Of a stretch of DNA of 64,000 bases, positions 28,782 to 39,273 are shown one piece after another. This stretch comes from Clostridium sp. CAG:354_28_25. GTDB taxonomy: Bacteria; Bacillota; Clostridia; TANB77; CAG-508. Below the pieces are notes generated by a model. That model did no database searches. It was given only the letters and a program-made list of their open reading frames with translations, and was not told the DNA's origin. Position numbers and translations under genes: made by a program. The stretch lies in NCBI GenBank assembly GCA_001915925.1, contig MNRL01000009.1, forward strand, positions 8,319 through 72,318, in the 5' to 3' direction. The first letter of the stretch is position 1. The number at the start of each line of letters is the position of its first letter.

Positions 28782-29904
28782 CTTTTATTATTTCATATTG
28801 TCTAGTACCAATTCCTATTTTTTCAGCATGTTCTAGACAAGATTTCCATTCACTTTGTGGAGTTGTATTTTTAAAGTGGTCATGATGATCTTCAAAATCT
28901 TTTGAGTGCATATTATCATCTAATCTACTTCCAGGTATAGGTTTTTGTGCATTACAAGCATCTGCACATGCTTGATCTAGTGCTACTGGATCAAAGCTTG
29001 CAAACATTCCTATATCTGGCAATATTGGAACATCATTTTCTGCATGACAATCACAATATGGTGAAATGTCTAAAACTAAATTAATGTGGAAGTTTGGTCT
29101 TCCAGCTAATACTGCTTTTGAATATTCTGCCATTTTCTTATTTAATAATTCATTTGCATGAGAATTATTATTATATATTGCATCAAAATTACAAGCGCCT
29201 AAACATCTACCACAACCAACACATTTGTTATGGTCTATATGTGCTTTTCCGTTTTCATCAAATGAAATTGCACCATGTGCACAATTTTTAGCACATAAAT
29301 GACATTTTTTACATTTTTCTATATCTACAGATGGTTTACCAGAGCGATGTTGTTCCATTTTTCCAGCTCTACTGCCACATCCCATTCCAATATTTTTTAA
29401 AGCTCCCCCAAAGCCTGCTGCTTCATGTCCTTTAAAATGATTTAAAGAAATAAATATATCTGCATCCATTATAGCTCTTCCAATTTTGGCAGTTTTTACA
29501 TACTCTCCGCCTTCTACTGGTACTTCTACATCATCAGTTCCTTTTAACCCATCACCTATAATTACATGACATCCAGTAGAAAATGGGCTAAATCCATTTT
29601 CGTATGCTGCTTCTAAATGGTCTAAAGCATTTTTCCTTTGTCCAACATATAAAGTATTGCAATCAGTTAAAAATGGTTTGCCTCCTAATTTTTCAACAAC
29701 ATCAACTACAGTTTTTGCATAATTAGGTCTTAGATATGCCAAATTTCCTGGTTCTCCGAAATGAATTTTTATTGCAACAAATTTATTTTCAAAATCGATA
29801 TTTTCAATTCCTGCTTTCTTCATTAATTTCGCTAATTTCTTTTGTAAATTTGTTCCTGGTAATGCTCTAAAATCTGTAAAATATACTTTCGCTTTTTCTT
29901 CCAT
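28774..29904 (-). CDS. DUF362 domain protein with a 2x[4Fe-4S] ferredoxin insert
   Basis: IKIHFGEPGN and TDCNTLY of DUF362, plus CKKCHLCAKNC and CVGCGRCLGAC. Confidence 0.85.
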   Translation of the reverse strand: MEEKAKVYFTDFRALPGTNLQKKLAKLMKKAGIENIDFENKFVAIKIHFGEPGNLAYLRPNYAKTVVDVVEKLGGKPFLTDCNTLYVGQRKNALDHLEAAYENGFSPFSTGCHVIIGDGLKGTDDVEVPVEGGEYVKTAKIGRAIMDADIFISLNHFKGHEAAGFGGALKNIGMGCGSRAGKMEQHRSGKPSVDIEKCKKCHLCAKNCAHGAISFDENGKAHIDHNKCVGCGRCLGACNFDAIYNNNSHANELLNKKMAEYSKAVLAGRPNFHINLVLDISPYCDCHAENDVPILPDIGMFASFDPVALDQACADACNAQKPIPGSRLDDNMHSKDFEDHHDHFKNTTPQSEWKSCLEHAEKIGIGTRQYEIIKVN

Positions 29905-29915
29905 CTTTATTCCTC

Positions 29916-30629
29916 CTAAATATTTTTAAATATATTTCCTAAACTATCTTTAATAACTAAATTTGCTACATTATCAAAAGGAGTAACATCTTTATTTATT
30001 AAAATCAAGTTGTTTCCATTATAATATCTAATAAGTCCACTTGCAGGATATACTGTTAATGATGTTCCTCCAACGATTAATGTATCACAATTAGAAATTT
30101 GATATATAGCCTCTTCTAATATATCTTCATTTAACCCCTCTTCATATAAAACAACATCAGGTTTAATAATTCCTCCACATGTACATTTTGGAACACCTAC
30201 TGAATTAAACACATATTCTGCGTCATAAAATTTACCACATTTCATACAATAATTTCTATGTACACTTCCATGAAGCTCTAAAACATTTTTTGAACCAGCT
30301 TTTTGATGCAAGCCATCAATATTTTGAGTCACTATAGCTTTTAATATTCCTGTTTGTTCTAGTTCTGCTAGTTTGATATGCGTAATATTAGGTGCATATT
30401 TTAATGAATTCATTTTATCTTTATAAAATTCATAAAATTCTTCGGTATGATTAATAAAAAAAGTATGGCTTAATATTTCTTCTGGGGGATATTTATATTG
30501 CTGATTATATAGTCCATCTTTACTTCTGAAATCAGGAATTCCACTTTCTGTGGAAACTCCTGCTCCACCAAAGAAAACCACACTTTTACTTTTGTTTATA
30601 ATTTCTTTTAAATTTTCCATTAACTTCAC
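29916..30629 (-). CDS. cobB: NAD-dependent protein deacylase (Sir2/CobB family)
   Basis: GAGVSTESGIPDFRS, QNIDGLH, and the Zn ribbon CMKCGK...CTCGG. Confidence 0.92.
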   Translation of the reverse strand: MKLMENLKEIINKSKSVVFFGGAGVSTESGIPDFRSKDGLYNQQYKYPPEEILSHTFFINHTEEFYEFYKDKMNSLKYAPNITHIKLAELEQTGILKAIVTQNIDGLHQKAGSKNVLELHGSVHRNYCMKCGKFYDAEYVFNSVGVPKCTCGGIIKPDVVLYEEGLNEDILEEAIYQISNCDTLIVGGTSLTVYPASGLIRYYNGNNLILINKDVTPFDNVANLVIKDSLGNIFKNI

Positions 30630-31559
30630 CTAATTATTAAAAGATAGTAGTTTCTTAATAAATGCAATTAATCTATTTTTATATATTATAGCTAGTGCAT
30701 TTTTGCTAGTCTTTTTCTTAAGTTGCTTTTCTTTTTTGTTTAAGCTCTCTGTTATTTTCTGGTAACCTTCTTCATAAAATTTATCTTCTTCTACTACACC
30801 CCTATAATTCTTTAATCCTTCTAATTTTTGTTTTGCACCTAGTATTGCCTCTTCATCAGCTATGTGAATTGGTGTATAGTAAAAATAAAATTTCATAATA
30901 TAATTTTGAATACTAAAATACATTTCTCTTATTTCTTGCTCTACTTTATATAAATCATCTGTTGTTTTGTAATCTAGTATTAGATAATATAATTTATTAA
31001 AATCACTTGTAAGTCTATCTATATTTCCATTTGAAATTTTATTTATTAATTCATAATAGTCATCATTATTATTTATAACAGTTTGCACAAATTCTTTTCT
31101 GCCTACTAAAAAATCTATTTGCATAACCAAATTAACTAATAGTGCATAATCCCCTTCAATTAAAGAAGAGAAAAATATTCCAAATTCATTCATTCTTTCT
31201 TTTAAATCTTGGGTTAATAGTTTGGCTGCAAAATAATTTAAAGACTCTTGAAAACAAGTTTGCTCTCTGCAATCTTGTAAAAAATGCAAATATTCTGTAA
31301 CTAAAATTTCGTTTATCGAATTTGTATGAATTTTATTTGAAAAATATATAACTCCATTTGAATAATAATGCGACATATTTTCATCTTCAAATTTTGCAAT
31401 CCTTATTTGACATTGTTCTAATTTCTTTAATAACTCATCATATTGCTCTTTTAATTCTGTAAATACATTTGAAATTCTTATAGCGATTTCGTTTGCTATC
31501 TTATTTACTTTATATTGCGGTATTTCTTCTATTATTTCTTTTATCTTTTGCTCTTCCAT
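30630..31559 (-). CDS. hypothetical helical protein (309 aa). Its stop abuts the cobB start.
   Basis: Complete ORF with no family recognised. The 0-nt gap to cobB suggests translational coupling. Confidence 0.5.
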   Translation of the reverse strand: MEEQKIKEIIEEIPQYKVNKIANEIAIRISNVFTELKEQYDELLKKLEQCQIRIAKFEDENMSHYYSNGVIYFSNKIHTNSINEILVTEYLHFLQDCREQTCFQESLNYFAAKLLTQDLKERMNEFGIFFSSLIEGDYALLVNLVMQIDFLVGRKEFVQTVINNNDDYYELINKISNGNIDRLTSDFNKLYYLILDYKTTDDLYKVEQEIREMYFSIQNYIMKFYFYYTPIHIADEEAILGAKQKLEGLKNYRGVVEEDKFYEEGYQKITESLNKKEKQLKKKTSKNALAIIYKNRLIAFIKKLLSFNN

Positions 31560-31601
31560 ATTAATTACCCCTATTATTTTATAATTTTCTTTTGTTATGA
31601 A

Positions 31602-31958
31602 CTAATTTTTATTTATTAGTAATTTTATTATATAATTTTCTTGTTTTCCAATAATATACAAACCTTCTCTTTTCTTTATAAACCAAGATGTTAAATCATT
31701 ATATTTTTCACCATCTATTATTAAACCATTAAAATCTGAAGGATTTCTCACTCTATATTTTTCATTTTCCAAATCTATTACAACTGTTTTTATGACTCCT
31801 GCTTCTTCTAACTTTTCTAATTCTTCCATTCTAGCTTTACTATTTTTTGCAATTTTACTATATTGCCATGTTTTTAAAATATATACGACAGCTCTTAAAC
31901 TTATAAGAGTAATAGTTGCAAGTATTGCACTTAATATAATTATAGTATCATCACTCAT
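31602..31958 (-). CDS. hypothetical membrane-anchored protein (118 aa)
   Basis: One N-terminal TM segment and a soluble C-terminal domain. First gene of the apparent cobB-containing operon. Confidence 0.5.
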   Translation of the reverse strand: MSDDTIIILSAILATITLISLRAVVYILKTWQYSKIAKNSKARMEELEKLEEAGVIKTVVIDLENEKYRVRNPSDFNGLIIDGEKYNDLTSWFIKKREGLYIIGKQENYIIKLLINKN

Positions 31959-32056
31959 AATATTTACTTCCTTATTTTTATATTTACTCGAATTATATCA
32001 CAATAGAAATAAAAAAAACAGATTTATTAAAAAAATCTGTTTTTATATCTTGCTAT

Positions 32057-33706
32057 TTAATAAACTTTCTTATATAACCTAGCTTGATTTTTCCTTGCAT
32101 ATCTATTTATTAATGCATTAAGCACAAGCAATACTAGCAACAAAAATATTAGTAATACTGTAGTATTTCTAAAAACAAATATAGTTAACGCAAGTAAGAT
32201 AATAACAATTACAGCATAAAAGAATTCATACATTACATTTACATTTTCCTTCATCATAGTATATTCGCTTGTCCACGTTATTTTTGGCGCGTTTAAATCT
32301 ATCAATACCATTATCTTCTCTTCTAACAAGCATAATTCTATTAATACAACAAATAATGTTAAAACTAAAATAAAATTAAATTCTGGCATAAAAAGACCAT
32401 AAAATGCTGTAATTATTATCGCTATTATTCCATTGGCTATTAGTCCTGGATATAATTTATATCTAAATTGATTATATAGACCAATAGGAATTGTTTTCAT
32501 TAATTTAGCAGATTTTCCTTCTCTAGAAATTGCTGTAATTGAGGTAAAGTTCATTATGTATAATACTTGTGCAATACATACGCATATTACTACACCAATC
32601 GGTTTTAATATGTTTTGCTGTGCATCTGCTAAAAAGTCTAATCCAATACTTCTTGCAAAAGCAATTAATGCAAATACTGGTAATCCTACAAATACTACAG
32701 GAAATACTACAGGAAATATTATGCATTGCATACAAAATATGGGTGTTCTAATAATTTGTTTTAGTTCCTTTGACAAGTATGCTATCTTTGAATTTTGTGG
32801 CTTAAAATCTTCTGGTTTTAGTTTAACATCTATTATCCTGTCTTTTATTGATCCATTTATAGTTGCACCTATAGCACCTTTTAAGTATACTTTAGAAATC
32901 AACCATGTCATTACATAGTAACAAATTATACTTTCTGCTGCAAAAATTACAATATTAATTAACCCACTTAATTCTTGATAATATAGTAAACTATTCATTA
33001 TTGGTTTTAATATTACGAAATAGTCAGAAATCAATTCGATTAAACCATTAACTTGTAACATTCTTTCTGTAAAAATATCTGTAGAAAAACCTTCACCGGT
33101 AGAAAATAAACTAGTTATTATTCCTAAAATTACAAATATTATAAATACAGTTATATATTGCACTTGTGTTTTATTTTTTATTACATTTGTAAATCTCATA
33201 ATTGTTGCTGTAATTAGTGAAGTCAGCACAATTGGTATTATTGGTAACAGTAACAATATTATCGCTGAATAAATATAAAATATATAATTTACGTTCATTA
33301 TTATTCCATATACAATTATTGGTGAGGCTAATAACATTAGTTCCATTAAATATTCTGAAACAATCATGTTTTTAATCTTTGATTTTACTAATTGCAATGG
33401 TTTTATTGGCATTCGTAAAAATATTTTTAAATCCTTAGAAAAGTATAAATTATTTAAACTTTCAAAAACACTTCTAGAAAATAAAAATACTATCATTATA
33501 AGTAAAATAATATTTATAAATGCTGGTGCTTGGTCTACTTCTATAAGCTGATTTGTTAATCTATAACTTGCAAATGCCATTAATGATGAAATTGTTCCAA
33601 ATATAATGACAAAAACAAAAGCTGATAAAATTTTTGCAGTAATATCTTTATTTACATTATCTCTTCTATAAGCATTTTTAAAAATAACTTTTGTTAATTC
33701 TTTCAT
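32057..33706 (-). CDS. polytopic permease of a putative ABC exporter
   Basis: About 12 hydrophobic segments. Directly downstream of the ATPase gene 33717-34439. Confidence 0.6.
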   Translation of the reverse strand: MKELTKVIFKNAYRRDNVNKDITAKILSAFVFVIIFGTISSLMAFASYRLTNQLIEVDQAPAFINIILLIMIVFLFSRSVFESLNNLYFSKDLKIFLRMPIKPLQLVKSKIKNMIVSEYLMELMLLASPIIVYGIIMNVNYIFYIYSAIILLLLPIIPIVLTSLITATIMRFTNVIKNKTQVQYITVFIIFVILGIITSLFSTGEGFSTDIFTERMLQVNGLIELISDYFVILKPIMNSLLYYQELSGLINIVIFAAESIICYYVMTWLISKVYLKGAIGATINGSIKDRIIDVKLKPEDFKPQNSKIAYLSKELKQIIRTPIFCMQCIIFPVVFPVVFVGLPVFALIAFARSIGLDFLADAQQNILKPIGVVICVCIAQVLYIMNFTSITAISREGKSAKLMKTIPIGLYNQFRYKLYPGLIANGIIAIIITAFYGLFMPEFNFILVLTLFVVLIELCLLEEKIMVLIDLNAPKITWTSEYTMMKENVNVMYEFFYAVIVIILLALTIFVFRNTTVLLIFLLLVLLVLNALINRYARKNQARLYKKVY

Positions 33707-33716
33707 ATCTATATAC

Positions 33717-34439
33717 CTATTCTTCTATAATTTTTAAAAATAATTCTTCCAAAGAACTGTTAGATTTCCATTTTTCTCTTAGTTCTTCACAAGTTCCAAC
33801 AAATTTAATTTTTCCTTTATCTATTACTGCTATTTTGTCACATATTTTTTCTGCTACTTCTAAAACATGTGTAGAAAAGAATACTGTATTACCTTTATCA
33901 CTATGTTCTCTCATTAATTCTTTTAATTGGAATGAAGCTTTAGGGTCTAATCCAGTCATTGGTTCATCTAAGATCCAATTTTTAGGATTATGCAATAACA
34001 CTCCTATAATAACTATTTTTTGTTTCATTCCATGTGAGTATCCTTGGATTCTATCCTTTAATGAATTATATATTCCAAAATCATTTGCAAGTTTTGATAT
34101 TCTCTCATATCTTGTTTTTTGATCAACACCATATACATCACCAATAAAATTTAAATATTCTATACCTGTTAATTTTTCAAATGCATCTGGTGAATCTGGT
34201 ACAAATCCAAATTCTTTTTTGGCTTTAATAGGTTCTTTTTCTATATTTATTCCATCTATTAGAATTTCGCCTTCATCTATATCCAATATGCCTGTAAGCA
34301 TTTCCATTGTTGTTGTTTTACCAGCACCATTTGGTCCAATAAATCCGAAAATAATTCCATCTTCTATTTTTAAGTTTATATTCTCTACTACTTTCTTATC
34401 TTTCACATAAGCTTTACTTACATTTTTTAGTTCTATCAT
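33717..34439 (-). CDS. ABC transporter ATP-binding protein
   Basis: Walker A GPNGAGKTT, signature YSHGMKQK, Walker B WILDEPMTGLD. Confidence 0.92.
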   Translation of the reverse strand: MIELKNVSKAYVKDKKVVENINLKIEDGIIFGFIGPNGAGKTTTMEMLTGILDIDEGEILIDGINIEKEPIKAKKEFGFVPDSPDAFEKLTGIEYLNFIGDVYGVDQKTRYERISKLANDFGIYNSLKDRIQGYSHGMKQKIVIIGVLLHNPKNWILDEPMTGLDPKASFQLKELMREHSDKGNTVFFSTHVLEVAEKICDKIAVIDKGKIKFVGTCEELREKWKSNSSLEELFLKIIEE

Positions 34440-34522
34440 TTGTTCTCTCCATTTATAATATTTTTCATAATTTTTTATATCATAAAAAATATAAATTGTA
34501 TAGGAGTTTTTTTATAACATAA

Positions 34523-36067
34523 TCAAATTTTCCAAATCACTTTACCGTCTTTAATTGTTTCTAAAATCTTTATATTTCGCAGTTCATCTTTTGCAACCTT
34601 TAATGGATTTTTGTCTACAATAATTAAATCTGCTTTCTTTCCAGCTTTTAAAGTTCCTTTTATCCCTTCTTCACCATATTGATATGCAGAATTTATCGTA
34701 ACAGCTTTTATGGCTTCTAATATAGAAATTTTTTCATCTTCTCCTAGCAATTTACCATCTCTTGTTATTCTATTTACAGCACACCAAATTGTTTCGAACA
34801 TATCTGGTTCTATAACAGGTGTATCTTGGTGAAAAGTAAATAATATATTTTGTTTTAGACTTGAACCTGCTGGACTAATATGTTCTGCACGTTTTATTCC
34901 TAAGTTTTTTATATGGATATCTCCAAAATAATATATATGGCTTATAAAGAATGAAGGTATTATATTATATTTTTTTACATCAGGTAATTGGTCTAATCCT
35001 AAGAGCTGTGCATGTATCATAACTGGTCTTTTTAAGCCTGATACTTTTTTAATTGCATTTATATATTGTTCTGCTGCTTTATCACCATTACAATGAGCTA
35101 ATATTTGCAAATTGCTTTCTTTGCTATTTTCTAGTATTTCTTCTACATCTTCATCTTGCATTATTCTATATCCATAATATTCTGGTTCATTTGCATACGC
35201 TTCTCTTAGCCATGCGGTCTTTGCCTGTGGCGAACCATCTAAAAATATTTTTATACCACCTATTTTAAAATTATTGTTATATTTATTAATAAATTTACTA
35301 TATTCTTTCTTTATTTCGTCCACATTTATATAATCCATGTATGCAACTACATCAAGAAATATTTCATGCTTATCTGACAATAACTTGTATATTTTTGCTA
35401 ATTCGTTTGTTATAACACCTTCTTGTGCCATAGTTATTCCATGTGATGCATATATTTCTTGTGCTTCTTTAAACGCATTCATAATTTCTTCTATTTTTGG
35501 AAGAGGTATCTTTTTAAGAGAATCAATAAATGCATTTTCTTCCAATAGTCCTGTATCAAAAATAATTCTTCCACCTTCTGGGTCTACTGTTGTTTTTGTT
35601 ATGTTTAATTTTTCAAACGCTTTACTATTTGCAATACCATTATGTCTAGATTTATTTTCTATAATAACAGGAGTATCTGGGAATATCTCATCTAACTCTT
35701 GTTTAGTAATATGTTCTCTATTCTTTAATATGTTATTATCATAACCATTTACTATAATCCACTCATCTGTTTGGTTTTCTTTTTTATATTTGTCTAAGCA
35801 ATTCTTAATTTCTTCGATACTAGTTAACCCATCTATGGATATCTGCATTAAACTTTTAGCTAGCGCAAATATATGGCTATGAGCATCTATAAATGATGGC
35901 ATCAGTGTATTCCCGTTTAAATCTATTATCTCTGTATTAGCATCTGCTAATTCTAATATTTCAGCTTTAGAACCTGTTTTTATTATCTTGTCATTTTCCG
36001 TTGCAAGTGCTTCTATATTATCATTCTCTAGAGTTATAAAATTCCCGTTTATATAAATCTTTTTCAT
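34523..36067 (-). CDS. amidohydrolase family protein (amidohydrolase_3 / YtcJ-like)
   Basis: FIDAHSHI metal motif and C-terminal GTLKAGKKADLIIVD. Start set at MKKIYINGN, preceded by GGAGGT. Confidence 0.88.
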   Translation of the reverse strand: MKKIYINGNFITLENDNIEALATENDKIIKTGSKAEILELADANTEIIDLNGNTLMPSFIDAHSHIFALAKSLMQISIDGLTSIEEIKNCLDKYKKENQTDEWIIVNGYDNNILKNREHITKQELDEIFPDTPVIIENKSRHNGIANSKAFEKLNITKTTVDPEGGRIIFDTGLLEENAFIDSLKKIPLPKIEEIMNAFKEAQEIYASHGITMAQEGVITNELAKIYKLLSDKHEIFLDVVAYMDYINVDEIKKEYSKFINKYNNNFKIGGIKIFLDGSPQAKTAWLREAYANEPEYYGYRIMQDEDVEEILENSKESNLQILAHCNGDKAAEQYINAIKKVSGLKRPVMIHAQLLGLDQLPDVKKYNIIPSFFISHIYYFGDIHIKNLGIKRAEHISPAGSSLKQNILFTFHQDTPVIEPDMFETIWCAVNRITRDGKLLGEDEKISILEAIKAVTINSAYQYGEEGIKGTLKAGKKADLIIVDKNPLKVAKDELRNIKILETIKDGKVIWKI

Positions 36068-36129
36068 GGCTACCTCCATTTTATAATTTATATAAGTATT
36101 TCCCAATTTTTAAAATTTATGTTTAATTA

Positions 36130-36169
36130 TAAGCAAAATATTACCGGAGGAATTACATCTTCCTCCGGT
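36130..36169 (-). terminator. terminator of the 36191-37210 gene
   Basis: 10-bp GC-rich stem accggaggaa / ttcctccggt followed by AATATTTTG on the minus strand. Confidence 0.65.
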
Positions 36170-36190
36170 CAAAATACGCATATAACAATT

Positions 36191-37210
36191 TTATTTTGAT
36201 TGCAGCACCAATATGCAATCAGTTGGAGTATTATAAAACATATATCCCTTTCCGGTTTTTACTGGTATAATTAAAACTTTAAAATATTTTTTTAGCTTTT
36301 TATAGAGATTACCAGTATTGTTTATTTGCTGTAACACTCCAAATTCCTTAATACCATCTTTGATGTAGGCTCTGTTTAAATCTTCTTCCTGTATATCTGG
36401 TAGTAGATTTTTATCCCAAGAACGAAACCACTCCGTTTTCATTCCGATAAAATACAATACAATTTTTCCGTTTTTTTTCAGTTTTGATGAAATCTCATTT
36501 AGTTTATCTACATAATAATCTATTGGATAGAAATTATGCAGATTTGACAAACAAACAACATCAAAAACATTTTCAGGAATATACATGTCAAATATATCTT
36601 CCCGCTCTAAATATATTGTACTTTCTGATAAAGCTTTTCTTACCTTTTCCCAGTTATCTTTTTTTACGTATTCAAAATTTATACGCCTTTCTTCACCTGT
36701 TCTGAGATAGTATGTCTCATTTGCAAAATATTTTAATCTCATTTCTAAAGAATTATTTTCCTTATAAACAAGTCTCCAGAATTTATTTTCTTCAGAAATA
36801 TTTGTTCGATTCAGTATTTTGCTTGCAACTCTGTCTGATAAAGCAAATACTGAAGTATCAATTGCAAAAGCTTTAAATTCATCATAACTATCCAATTTAG
36901 TTAAAGCATAATACTTTAACCAACAAATAGGAATTTGAACAGGGTTTACGTCAACCGCGTATATGTTTCGAATTCCACATAGTGCCATATCAAAAATAGA
37001 ATCCATAGAACCAGCGATAGTTAAGACTGTATCTGTCGGTTTTAACATTTGAAGCATATATGCTCCATTCTCGTTTGACGTCCAAATAGGTGCAACATGA
37101 TTATATGGACTTTTGTCCCTTACATCATGAAAAAAGATTACATCGTGCCGAACATTATAAAAGCTATCACGTAAAGCTTGGGCATTTTTATTGTTTTTTG
37201 TTATCAGCAT
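36191..37210 (-). CDS. DUF3419 / BtaA-like SAM-dependent transferase-fold protein, in a mildly raised-GC island
   Basis: TVLTIAGSMDSIFDMAL...AVDVNPVQ and FDVVCLSNLHNF resemble the DUF3419 family. Start set at MLITKNN, preceded by CAGGAGGA. Confidence 0.55.
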   Translation of the reverse strand: MLITKNNKNAQALRDSFYNVRHDVIFFHDVRDKSPYNHVAPIWTSNENGAYMLQMLKPTDTVLTIAGSMDSIFDMALCGIRNIYAVDVNPVQIPICWLKYYALTKLDSYDEFKAFAIDTSVFALSDRVASKILNRTNISEENKFWRLVYKENNSLEMRLKYFANETYYLRTGEERRINFEYVKKDNWEKVRKALSESTIYLEREDIFDMYIPENVFDVVCLSNLHNFYPIDYYVDKLNEISSKLKKNGKIVLYFIGMKTEWFRSWDKNLLPDIQEEDLNRAYIKDGIKEFGVLQQINNTGNLYKKLKKYFKVLIIPVKTGKGYMFYNTPTDCILVLQSK

Positions 37211-37355
37211 ATTCTTTTCCTCCTGCATTTTTTTCTAAATTATTATATTACTTCTCTCATTTTATGTCAAATTGTACCATGCAAACATTTGTCTTGTTGA
37301 ACACTATATATTATGTACGTTTACATAATTTTAGTAATATTTCCTTTCACTTTAC

Positions 37356-37405
37356 GCAAAAAAATAAATCTTCCTTACTAGCTTTTCGTCTAGCAAGAAA
37401 GATTT
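37356..37405 (-). terminator. pfkA terminator
   Basis: Imperfect 16-bp stem aaatcttccttactag / ctagcaagaaagattt followed by T7 on the minus strand. Confidence 0.75.
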
Positions 37406-37464
37406 ACTATATAATTCTTTTGGCTTCTATTAAAAAATTTTTATGTCCTTCATGAAAATTAAAT

Positions 37465-38607
37465 TTAGTCTCCTAAACAAATTCCAACATCTCTTGCTGT
37501 TTTTACTAAATCATCGTCCATTGTAACATATCTTACATTACTTTCTGCTGTACCACCTTGAACAGCACCAATTTCTTTATTTTCTCCAACAACTACCTCT
37601 AAAGGAACACAATCTAATTTTCCATTCTTTATAACTGTTAAAACTCCAAATTTTCCTTCCATTGCAAGTTCCATTGCTTTTGCACCATATTTTGTAGATA
37701 AAACTCTATCATATGCTGTTGGAGTTCCGCCTCTTTGCATGTATCCTAAAATTGTACATCTAGAATCTAAACCAGTTAATTCTTTTAGTTCTTTTGCAAC
37801 TCTATTTCCTTCTCCACCGAATTTTACACTTATTCCGGCTTTATTATCTATACCTTCTGCTGCATGTGTTGTTTGTTCTGCATTTATTGGATGAGCTCCC
37901 TCTGATACAACAACAACGCTAAATCTTTTTCCGTTTTCTTTTCTTTTATTGATTGCAGCAGCAGCTTTATTTATATCATATGGAATCTCTGGTATTAAAG
38001 CAACATCTGCACCTCCGGAAATTGCTGATTCTAATGCAATCCATCCTGCAAATCTACCCATAACTTCTAGCACCATTATTCTGTCATGTGTTTCTGCAGT
38101 TGTGTGTAATCTATCTAAAGCTTCTGTTGCAACGTGAACAGCTGTATTATATCCAAATGTAACATCTGTACATGCAACATCATTATCTATTGTTTTTGGA
38201 ACACCTATTGTGTTAATTCCTTTTAAATATAAATCTCTTGCAGATTTTTGTGTACTATCTCCACCCAACGTAAATACACAATCAAATCCTGCTTCTTTTA
38301 CATTTCTTACACATTGGTCTGATAAATCTTCATAAGTAACTGTTCCATCTTCGTGCTCAACTTTGTAATGGAATACTATAGCATTTGTTGAAGAACCTAT
38401 AATAGAACCTCCCTTTGTTAAAATACCAGAAGCTTTTTCGTTTCCATCTAGACGAATATAATTGTTATTTACAAGACCTCTGTATCCATCAATATAACCA
38501 TAACATTCAATTCCATTTGTTTCACAAGTCTTTTTAATTGCTCTTATGACAGCATTAAAACCTGAAACATCTCCACCATTTGCTAAAATTGCTACTTTTT
38601 TAATCAT
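37465..38607 (-). CDS. pfkA: 6-phosphofructokinase (long, mixed-substrate-type PFK)
   Basis: GGDVSGFNAVIR, TLGGDST, PKTIDND, MGRFAGW. Confidence 0.93.
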   Translation of the reverse strand: MIKKVAILANGGDVSGFNAVIRAIKKTCETNGIECYGYIDGYRGLVNNNYIRLDGNEKASGILTKGGSIIGSSTNAIVFHYKVEHEDGTVTYEDLSDQCVRNVKEAGFDCVFTLGGDSTQKSARDLYLKGINTIGVPKTIDNDVACTDVTFGYNTAVHVATEALDRLHTTAETHDRIMVLEVMGRFAGWIALESAISGGADVALIPEIPYDINKAAAAINKRKENGKRFSVVVVSEGAHPINAEQTTHAAEGIDNKAGISVKFGGEGNRVAKELKELTGLDSRCTILGYMQRGGTPTAYDRVLSTKYGAKAMELAMEGKFGVLTVIKNGKLDCVPLEVVVGENKEIGAVQGGTAESNVRYVTMDDDLVKTARDVGICLGD

Positions 38608-38664
38608 TTAAAAAACCTCCCTAATTGATAAGTACAAACAAATCACTAACTAATATACAGTGAT

Positions 38665-39168
38665 TTAATTTCCCAATAATCTTTCACTTGTTTCTTTTAA
38701 GTGTTCAAAATTAGTATGTCTTAAAACTTCATATGCTAAAATAGAAACAGCATTTGATAAATTTAAACATCTAATTCCATCTATCATTGGAATTCTCATA
38801 GTTTTATCAATATATTTTTTCATTATATCTTCTGGTAGCCCTTTTGTTTCTTTACCAAATAGCAAAAATACTTCATCCATATTTTCGTATTTAGGTTCAT
38901 CATATCTGTGTGTACCTTTAGATGTAATAAAAAACATATTTGTTTGTGTAGGGTCATATTTATTTAGAAATTCTGCAAAAGAAATATGTTTTTCTATTTC
39001 TAACTTGTCCCAGTAATCTAAACCAGCTCTTTTTAAATATCTGTCTGATATTTGAAATCCTAATGGTTCTACTAAATGTAATTTAGCTCCTGTTGCTGCA
39101 CAAGTTCTTACAATATTACCTGTATTTTGTGGTATTTCTGGTTCTACTAGTACAATGTTTAATTTCAT
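38665..39168 (-). CDS. trmL: tRNA (cytidine/uridine-2'-O-)-methyltransferase TrmL (SpoU family)
   Basis: LVEPEIPQNTGNIVRTC, LLFGKETKGLP, NLSNAVSI. Confidence 0.9.
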   Translation of the reverse strand: MKLNIVLVEPEIPQNTGNIVRTCAATGAKLHLVEPLGFQISDRYLKRAGLDYWDKLEIEKHISFAEFLNKYDPTQTNMFFITSKGTHRYDEPKYENMDEVFLLFGKETKGLPEDIMKKYIDKTMRIPMIDGIRCLNLSNAVSILAYEVLRHTNFEHLKETSERLLGN

Positions 39169-39273
39169 TTATATGCCTCCTTACGCAAATTATATGATAT
39201 CAATTATATTATTTTATTTCAAGAGTTTTTACTTAATTTACCAAAAAAATTAACAGGTTCTACCCTGTTAATT

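Noticed and set aside
29916-30629. The Sir2-domain protein as an NAD-depleting anti-phage defence effector.
   Set aside because: It is a compact 237-aa protein with the complete sirtuin deacylase signature and zinc ribbon. It has no fused sensor domain and no neighbouring defence-type genes (HerA, pAgo, ThsB/TIR and the like).
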